Assembly (NCBI GenBank): GCA_003694635.1
Contig: RFKQ01000123.1
Coordinates: 1 to 50,889 of the forward strand
Length of the DNA stretch: 50,889 nucleotides
Direction of reading: 5' to 3'
Source of the DNA: Planctomycetota bacterium
GTDB lineage: Bacteria; Planctomycetota; J132
Part shown: in pieces, positions 44,748 through 50,889 of the stretch
Layout: each line of letters begins with the position of its first letter
Numbering within the stretch: the stretch's first letter is position 1
Program-made: the position numbers and the translations under genes
The notes under the pieces: generated by a model
Told to the model about the DNA's origin: nothing
What the model saw: only the letters and a program-made list of their open reading frames with translations
Databases searched by the model: none

Positions 44748-46469
44748 TTAGAGAGATGGGACGTTTTCGATCAAATCCACCGCTTCGATCAAATCGAGCA
44801 GCGGCAATTCCAAAACGCCTTCATTGGATGAGGATTTGGGCTCACTTATCGAAAGCTGCATCAATTTCTCCAAAATGTGATCTTCGCCCTTACCATTGCC
44901 GTGGTTAGGATGCAACTCGTTCAGGGCCCCAAGGAGAGCGCGGAGCTGCTGTTTTTGCACTCTGGAGAGGAGGAAGACCAATTTTCTTCGCAAGGAATGG
45001 GAAGAGTGAAAGCAAATTTCCCGAATTTGATGGAGCTTGGAATTGGGCCATTTTTCCTCTTTGAGGCGCCGGGCACAGTCTAGAAGTTTCCTAAGCATTT
45101 CTCGGCAATAGGGCCGTTGGCTCAGCTGCACTCTTGAGAAGGAACGAGCAGAAGAGGAAAACCCCGCTTCCTCTCGAAAACTGAAGATATCCGACCAAAA
45201 GGGAAGTTCAGTGGTGTCCTGAAAGTCAATGTAGCAAGGGGCGGGATTTCCTCCATGCTGACTACCCCTAGCTTTGGCTTGCTTCAATAGCGCTTCCGCT
45301 TGCTGGAGAAGAATAGAAATATTCTGGTTGAGCTTGCCGATGGCCACGCCGAAGGAGAGAGTAAAACCGATTTTTTTAAAGATCGCTCTTTCCTTGCTAT
45401 AGAATTGTGCGACTTTCTTATCCTTTTCGGTGTATAGCTTTAGCTTTTTGGCACTAATCTCTTCAAATTTCTCAGAAATCTCCATCGCAACCGGCAGCAC
45501 CTTTGTGTGGGGCAGCAAGAGGATGAGGTCGTCGCCACCGAGGAGCAAAATTCGAGCATATAGATTTTGACCTATTCGACAATGCTTTCTAAGAGCCTCA
45601 TAGGTGGCTTCTTTGAGAGAGGAATCCACCACTTCTGAGAAGCATTGCAAAGCAGCCTCACTGTCCAACGCCTTCACCAGGCGGCCCATGGAGTTTCCAT
45701 CGCCGTAGAGCAAACCCATGCGCGGGAAATTTACTCGGTTTCCTTTCCGCTGGCTGTCTTGATTCACTTCCTCATCGTCTTTCGAAAAAAATACCCCTTG
45801 ATTCCACTCTTCCACACTCCCCCTCTGGAGAGATTGCCACCGGAATGTGGCAAATTCCTCCGGATAATGCTTCTGGACGTACTCGACAAAGCCCTGCCAT
45901 ATTTTTGGAACCCAAACGTTATCTTTTGCTCTCACAACGAAGCCTTCTTTGTAATAGAAATTCTGTTTACGACTACAAACGGCACAAAGCCATCGTTTTT
46001 CCCCAAACTCCTCGAGCAACTCCTCCGCCGCTTGCTGAAAGCAGCTTTGGCAGTCTTTGGAAAAGGGGGAACGCCCCGCGGGAACGCAGCGGTGGCGTTG
46101 CTTTTGGCGTGAAAGCTGGCGATGAGCCTGACGGAGAGTCTGGCGAAAGTCATTTGAACCGTATTCTTCAATGGTATACAAAAGCGTCGCTCCCCCACAG
46201 GTTTCTTGGTGATAGAGAGCCTTGAGCCTGTCCATGACGTTTTCAATAGTGGCGCGATCGGATGAGCTGAGAAAAAGACCACTTCCTCCATTGAGGTAGA
46301 CAATCGTTGCGTCGGGTAAGCTCTTTTTAAGAAAGCTTGCCGTTTCTTCTCTGTTCAAATGGTCAAGCAAAGCGCTCGCGCCTGCAATTTGAGCAAGCGT
46401 ATTTGTGGAAAAGAGGTACTTTTTGATCGAAGGCGTCTCCAAAAGAATAAGATATTTGGTCGCAGGCAT
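44748..46469 (-). CDS. cas10: Cas10 large subunit, minimal form without HD domain, cyclase motifs intact
   Basis: ATG at 46469 after GGAG. YLILLETPSIKKYLFSTNTLAQIAGAS (Palm1 / GIQxFI-like), Zn-finger CQSC..CAVC, LLYGDGNSMG, ILLLGGDDLILLLP (GGDD), helical C-terminal domain. There is no His-Asp motif N-terminal to Palm1. Confidence 0.85.
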   Translation of the reverse strand: MPATKYLILLETPSIKKYLFSTNTLAQIAGASALLDHLNREETASFLKKSLPDATIVYLNGGSGLFLSSSDRATIENVMDRLKALYHQETCGGATLLYTIEEYGSNDFRQTLRQAHRQLSRQKQRHRCVPAGRSPFSKDCQSCFQQAAEELLEEFGEKRWLCAVCSRKQNFYYKEGFVVRAKDNVWVPKIWQGFVEYVQKHYPEEFATFRWQSLQRGSVEEWNQGVFFSKDDEEVNQDSQRKGNRVNFPRMGLLYGDGNSMGRLVKALDSEAALQCFSEVVDSSLKEATYEALRKHCRIGQNLYARILLLGGDDLILLLPHTKVLPVAMEISEKFEEISAKKLKLYTEKDKKVAQFYSKERAIFKKIGFTLSFGVAIGKLNQNISILLQQAEALLKQAKARGSQHGGNPAPCYIDFQDTTELPFWSDIFSFREEAGFSSSARSFSRVQLSQRPYCREMLRKLLDCARRLKEEKWPNSKLHQIREICFHSSHSLRRKLVFLLSRVQKQQLRALLGALNELHPNHGNGKGEDHILEKLMQLSISEPKSSSNEGVLELPLLDLIEAVDLIENVPSL

Positions 46470-46856
46470 AGAAAAGCTCCATTTCTTAAATTGAAACCAA
46501 TTGCCCAAAGTTTACTGGAAAAATCTCCTCTGCTAGGGATTTTTACAAACCCCTCAAATATAAATTCGATTTCCCCCATGAGCTTTCTAACGCGATTGTA
46601 GGCCGCCTTTTCCAAAACGATAAAAGAAAAACGCTTTTTTTCCTAAACCTCAACGTCCAAATTCTACATCCACACAAAATAGAAAAAATTAACAAAATTT
46701 TTCAAAAATTTTGGAAATGTCCAAATAAAAGGGAGAAATTTTTTTCGAAGAATAGAAATTTACGGAATTCTATGTATAATAAAAATAAACGCTGGAATAA
46801 GCGTCAAATAAACGAGGAGGTTTCGCAAATTTTTGAGAAATAGAGAAGAAAAGTAA

Positions 46857-47645
46857 ATGATGGAAACTCCAAAAAATATCCGAGAACTCTCCCGCATCCT
46901 ACATAGGGCTAAAAGCACAGAAGAACAAAGCCGCTTGCTCAAAGAATTTGCCCAAAAAGTCCCCCTGGTTGTCTTAGATTTGCTGCTACTGGAGATTCAA
47001 GAAGACGCTAAAAATGCCGTGCTTACGGCCCTAAACCTGTTTTGCCCCGACCTCTTTCAAAAGTACATCAATCGACAAAATTTTGTGGTCCCCTCTACCC
47101 TAGAGGAATTGGAGGAAATCCTGGAAAGCCTGCCAGACAATCGCAGCCGAGTGGGATTGCTAGAAGCTACCAAACGAGAAAAACCGGAAATGTTCCAAAG
47201 ATTTTTCGCCAAAAAACGAGAAGAACAAAAAAAATGGGAAGTCAGCCAACCCACCCTAGAAGAGATAGAAGTGGATGAGGAAACCACAGAAATTGAAATC
47301 GAAGAGCTGGAATCCCCCGAAGAAGATAAGAAAGCGACCTTGAAACAACAAGCAGAAGAAAGCGAAAACGAAAACAAAACCCTAGAAACCAACAAAAATC
47401 TGGAAGATCTCGAACCCGAGCCAGAAGAAACTTCCAACTCGTCCACAACCTCCAACGAACAAGAAGAAACCATTTCCCCCCCTTGCCCCATCCAAGACGC
47501 CTCAGAAGAAACCACCACCCTTCAAGAGACAAACAATTCTCCCTCCCACCAAGAGGAAGAAACAAACTCAACACCCTCTTCATCCGTTCTCTCCGAACCT
47601 TCTTCTAGCTCATCCCCCGATGAAGACCTCTCGCCAGAAAATTAA
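46857..47645 (+). CDS. Acidic Glu/Ser/Thr-rich hypothetical protein
   Basis: 262-aa ORF divergent from cas10. Helical N-terminal ~110 aa, then a low-complexity acidic tail. Confidence 0.5.
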   Translation: MMETPKNIRELSRILHRAKSTEEQSRLLKEFAQKVPLVVLDLLLLEIQEDAKNAVLTALNLFCPDLFQKYINRQNFVVPSTLEELEEILESLPDNRSRVGLLEATKREKPEMFQRFFAKKREEQKKWEVSQPTLEEIEVDEETTEIEIEELESPEEDKKATLKQQAEESENENKTLETNKNLEDLEPEPEETSNSSTTSNEQEETISPPCPIQDASEETTTLQETNNSPSHQEEETNSTPSSSVLSEPSSSSSPDEDLSPEN

Positions 47646-47911
47646 ATTTCCTGAACACCGGAGAGCAAACAAAAGAAAAATTTGCTCATGAAAATTTTAT
47701 CCAAAAAGCCATGGAACATGTCCCACGCTTTCCGCTTATTATCCAACAAATTCTTCAACTCTAAAATACACAATCTACAGAGAAGAATACTATTTTCCCC
47801 CCTTCCAATGCTCTCTCAAACTCAAAATACAAAGGTTGGTGCCATAAATGAAATCTAATCCTCGGGTGCCTTTGCCTTCACCCTCCATTCAAATCGTAAG
47901 GAGCTGAAACC

Positions 47912-50203
47912 ATGCTTAGGCGGATAGCGGTTGCTCTTTTGCTGTTGCCACTGGCTGTTTTTGCCAACAACACCGATCATTTGGATCAAAAAAAGCTGTT
48001 TCAAAAAGCAGCCCCAGCAGTGGTATTGATCTACCAATACAAGTTCAACACAAAAGGAGAAGTCATCGGTGTACACTTTGGAACCGGTTCGATTATCCGC
48101 TCCGATGGAGTGATACTCACCAACGCCCATGTGGTCGGTAAAGCAAAATGGGTGTACGTTCTTCTCAAAAATAAGGAGAAAATTCTCGCCAAAAATATTT
48201 TTATCTATATCGCCAAAAATCGTAAGAATGCCTTGATCGCAAAAGTAATCGCACGCTTTCCGGAAAAAGATATCGCCCTGCTAAAGCTGCCGGGCCAGTA
48301 TAACCACTTCCCCACCATCCCGCTAGGGGATTCGGACAAAGTTAGCGCCGGCGATGAAGTGGTGGTCATCGGACACCCACGAGGACTGGTTTGGAGCTTA
48401 ACCAAAGGAATCGTAAGCTCCAACCGAGGCGATATCCAAACCGATGCGGCGATCAATCCCGGCAACTCCGGCGGCCCTCTGCTCAATAGCCAAGGGGAAA
48501 TCATAGGGGTAAACAGCTATGTTTTGGAAAATGCGGAAAATATCGGCTTCGCCCGTCCCATCAATATGGTAAAAAAACTTTTGAAACAATCTCTGATCAC
48601 CCTCTCTCCTCAGCCCCACAAAAATACCTCTCCCTCTAGCCCCAAATCAACCCTCAAACGAGCTTTGCGCGCCATCCTGCTTCATCAATATGCTCTGGTC
48701 AGCGGCAAAAAAATCAAAAAAAATGTGGGCAAATTCTTTGCCGAAAATGCCCTCCAAAAAGACGTGGAACTTGTCCTGCGCTTTCGGCATATCGCCCAAC
48801 ATGCCCCCCAAATCGTCAAAGTTCAAGTGCAAGGCCCCAAAGCCACCATCACCCTTGTCTACTCCCGCCCCAACCAAAAAAACTCCACCCCATCCTACCA
48901 AAAAGTGGATATCGTCATGAAGCTGAACAAAGGAACGTGGAAAATTATTCAACTTGGCCAACCCCAACCTCACTCTAAAACCATTCCATACGCCCAAAAA
49001 ACACCAACTCCGTCCAACACTCCCCCTAGACAAAAACCTATCTCTACTCCACCCTCCACAAAACCAACTCCTCCAATAAACCCCTCTACCCTCAAAACCA
49101 AACAACAGCTAAAATCTCTTCTAGCCAAACTCTGGCAAGCTGTAGAAACCGAGGACTATCCCACCTACCTCTCCCTCTTCCACCTCCCCGCCTTTACACC
49201 AACTAGCGATATAATCCTAGCTGTCTATGGCCCTAACGGTAAACTGGCGAGAATAGAAACGGATTCCGGGCGCCTCTTGCCTCTAAACTCAGAAGGCTGG
49301 AGCGCAGCGGGAAGCTGGGCACTAGCCCGCAATAAGCTCTACATTACCTCAAAAGCCTCCGGAAAACTATACCAAATCCTTCCATACAGCGGCCGAGAAA
49401 AAGTGATCTCACAACAAGGCTGGAAATATATCTCCCATTTAACCTCTATCGGTGAAAATCTCTTTGCCATCAATCCCCGCTTAAAACTTATTTTCGCATT
49501 CCATCCAGCTAAATATCAATTACGAAAAATCGCCATCGGTTATCAAGAAGTCGGTGCCTTTGTCCCCCTCAACGATAAGATTTATATCACCTCCCGCATC
49601 ACCGGACGTCTCTATGAGCTCAACCCTCTCACCGGCAAAGAAAAAATCCTACAACAAAAAGGCTGGCAAGAAATCAGAACCGGCTGCGCCTTCCAAGGGA
49701 AACTCTACCTGCTCTCCAGAAACTCCGGAAATATCTACGAAATAAATCCAATAACCGGCCAAGAACGAGTGGTCTCCAGTGGCTGGCAAAACGCCATATC
49801 AATGAGAGCTAGCCAGAAAGAGATCTACCTAGCCGCGCCAAACGGCAATATTTACCAACTACATCCCCTAACAGGTATACATAAGCTAATTTGTAAAAAT
49901 CTTCCACACCTTCGAAAAATCATTGTTTTCTCCCCACAACAATGGACGCAAATACTGCTCCTTGAAGAACTTTTCTCCTATCTACAAACCATTGTCCAAA
50001 ACGGTGAAATCCGGCACACCTCCCTCAAAATCAGCACCTCCAAAAGCATAATCCTATGTTCGGCCAAAATCTCTCTCCCTCAAAAACCCGCTAAATCCTC
50101 TCTCGTCAACTTAACTCTAACAATTCAAAACCAAAAAATTACCCAAGTCCAATTCCAATTCTCCTCCAATGGTAAAAAACAAGTTGTTAATTTTGGACGA
50201 TAA
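47912..50203 (+). CDS. Secreted trypsin-like (S1C/HtrA-type) serine protease with C-terminal repeat (propeller-like) domain
   Basis: Signal peptide LLLLPLAVFA. Triad motifs LTNAHVV, KDIALLKL, GNSGGPLLNSQGEIIGVNS. Pro/Thr linker. At least four ~45-aa repeats G(K/R/N)(L/I)Y(Q/E)(I/L)xP(Y/L/I)(S/T)G(R/K/Q)E(K/R)..(Q)GW. No PDZ domain seen. Confidence 0.85.
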   Translation: MLRRIAVALLLLPLAVFANNTDHLDQKKLFQKAAPAVVLIYQYKFNTKGEVIGVHFGTGSIIRSDGVILTNAHVVGKAKWVYVLLKNKEKILAKNIFIYIAKNRKNALIAKVIARFPEKDIALLKLPGQYNHFPTIPLGDSDKVSAGDEVVVIGHPRGLVWSLTKGIVSSNRGDIQTDAAINPGNSGGPLLNSQGEIIGVNSYVLENAENIGFARPINMVKKLLKQSLITLSPQPHKNTSPSSPKSTLKRALRAILLHQYALVSGKKIKKNVGKFFAENALQKDVELVLRFRHIAQHAPQIVKVQVQGPKATITLVYSRPNQKNSTPSYQKVDIVMKLNKGTWKIIQLGQPQPHSKTIPYAQKTPTPSNTPPRQKPISTPPSTKPTPPINPSTLKTKQQLKSLLAKLWQAVETEDYPTYLSLFHLPAFTPTSDIILAVYGPNGKLARIETDSGRLLPLNSEGWSAAGSWALARNKLYITSKASGKLYQILPYSGREKVISQQGWKYISHLTSIGENLFAINPRLKLIFAFHPAKYQLRKIAIGYQEVGAFVPLNDKIYITSRITGRLYELNPLTGKEKILQQKGWQEIRTGCAFQGKLYLLSRNSGNIYEINPITGQERVVSSGWQNAISMRASQKEIYLAAPNGNIYQLHPLTGIHKLICKNLPHLRKIIVFSPQQWTQILLLEELFSYLQTIVQNGEIRHTSLKISTSKSIILCSAKISLPQKPAKSSLVNLTLTIQNQKITQVQFQFSSNGKKQVVNFGR

Positions 50204-50219
50204 CTTTTTTCTATGAAAT

Positions 50220-50552
50220 ATGAAAGAAAACAATATCATCCGCTACTACGAAAGTGTCATTGAAAAAGGGGAAGCCCTCTGGATATTAAAAGGAAAAAAC
50301 CCTCGAAATATCGAAGATTCTCATCGCCAACGCCTGCAAAAAGAAGTTTATAATTTTCTGCAAGATGCCCACTCCCTCCCTCCTACCTTCTGCCTAATGG
50401 TGGCCGAGTGCCTTCACGCTATCCTGGAAAAGTACAAAATGCAAGTTCCTCTCTACCTAAAATTCGAACTTGCTGCAAAACCACTGATAGAAATGCTAGG
50501 AGAAGAGCTAAGCGAATGGCAAAAAATCCTTCGTCAAAAGGTTTTAGAATAA
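50220..50552 (+). CDS. Hypothetical protein
   Basis: 110-aa ORF with ATG start, 16 nt after the protease stop. No recognisable motif. Confidence 0.4.
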   Translation: MKENNIIRYYESVIEKGEALWILKGKNPRNIEDSHRQRLQKEVYNFLQDAHSLPPTFCLMVAECLHAILEKYKMQVPLYLKFELAAKPLIEMLGEELSEWQKILRQKVLE

Positions 50553-50889
50553 CCCGAAGAAAACTCCACCTCCTCGAACCTCTCGCCCAAAATCTGTACT
50601 CCTTTCCATGTCTATCCCTACTCCACTTCGATGAAGGAAATAAATATCCCTCTTCCTCAAAACTACCTATTTGTTGAGGAAAATATTCCCTCAAAAACTC
50701 CCCTAAGATTGAGAAGATTTGTTTGAGCTCTTCCTAAGCGCAATTTGCTAAAATCCAAACGCTAAAACTTCCTCCAACCAGGCCAAGCAGCTTTTCTATA
50801 CTCCCTTTCAAGAGACCTTTCCCTCTGCCCCAAATATTTTGCGCAAATACTTCTATAAACTTAACAACATTTTGCCACCACCCCCTTTC

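Noticed and set aside
1-50889. Mobile-element or genomic-island context for the cas operon and the Ago-like gene (transposases, integrases, tRNA attachment sites, flanking direct repeats), and any rRNA or tRNA genes.
   Set aside because: I found no transposase, integrase or recombinase-like ORFs, no tRNA-like T-arm (GTTCGAA-type) contexts and no rRNA signatures. Both loci are flanked by core genes (recA, mreBC).

Overview
This 50.9 kb window is chromosomal bacterial DNA. Genes have canonical AAGGAG-type ribosome-binding sites, intergenic DNA is AT-rich, and the + strand looks C/A-rich by eye. The gene content includes a giant Ser/Thr kinase fused to an FGE-sulfatase domain, tandem NHL-repeat lipoproteins and BatA-like VWA membrane proteins. 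That mix suggests a PVC/Planctomycetota-like lineage, but I cannot assign taxonomy from sequence alone. Housekeeping genes are recA, mreB, mreC, ornithine aminotransferase (rocD-like), flgM and an HU-like protein. I saw no rRNA, tRNA, transposase, integrase or CRISPR array. Five things stand out. (1) A nine-gene type III-D-like CRISPR-Cas effector operon lies on the minus strand (38273-46469). It has an HD-less Cas10 with an intact GGDD cyclase motif, four Cas7-type RAMPs, a Csx10/Cas5-like protein, two Cas11-like proteins and a Csx19-like protein. It has no array, cas6, cas1/2 or CARF/SAVED effector in the window. (2) A 678-aa, highly diverged Argonaute-like protein has its catalytic tetrad positions substituted and no partner nuclease. 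It sits directly downstream of mreBC. (3) A MerR/CueR-type metal operon contains a MerT-HMA fusion gene with in-frame TGA at both metal-binding Cys positions, next to a SECIS-like hairpin. The following metallochaperone gene looks frameshifted. (4) Two paralogous ~170-190 nt structured small RNAs each have a sigma54-type -24/-12 promoter, a conserved TGT-N11-ACA upstream dyad and an intrinsic terminator. (5) A caspase-fold lipoprotein has lost both catalytic residues and sits next to the giant kinase. All homology calls come from motif recognition and remembered reference sequences, not database searches.
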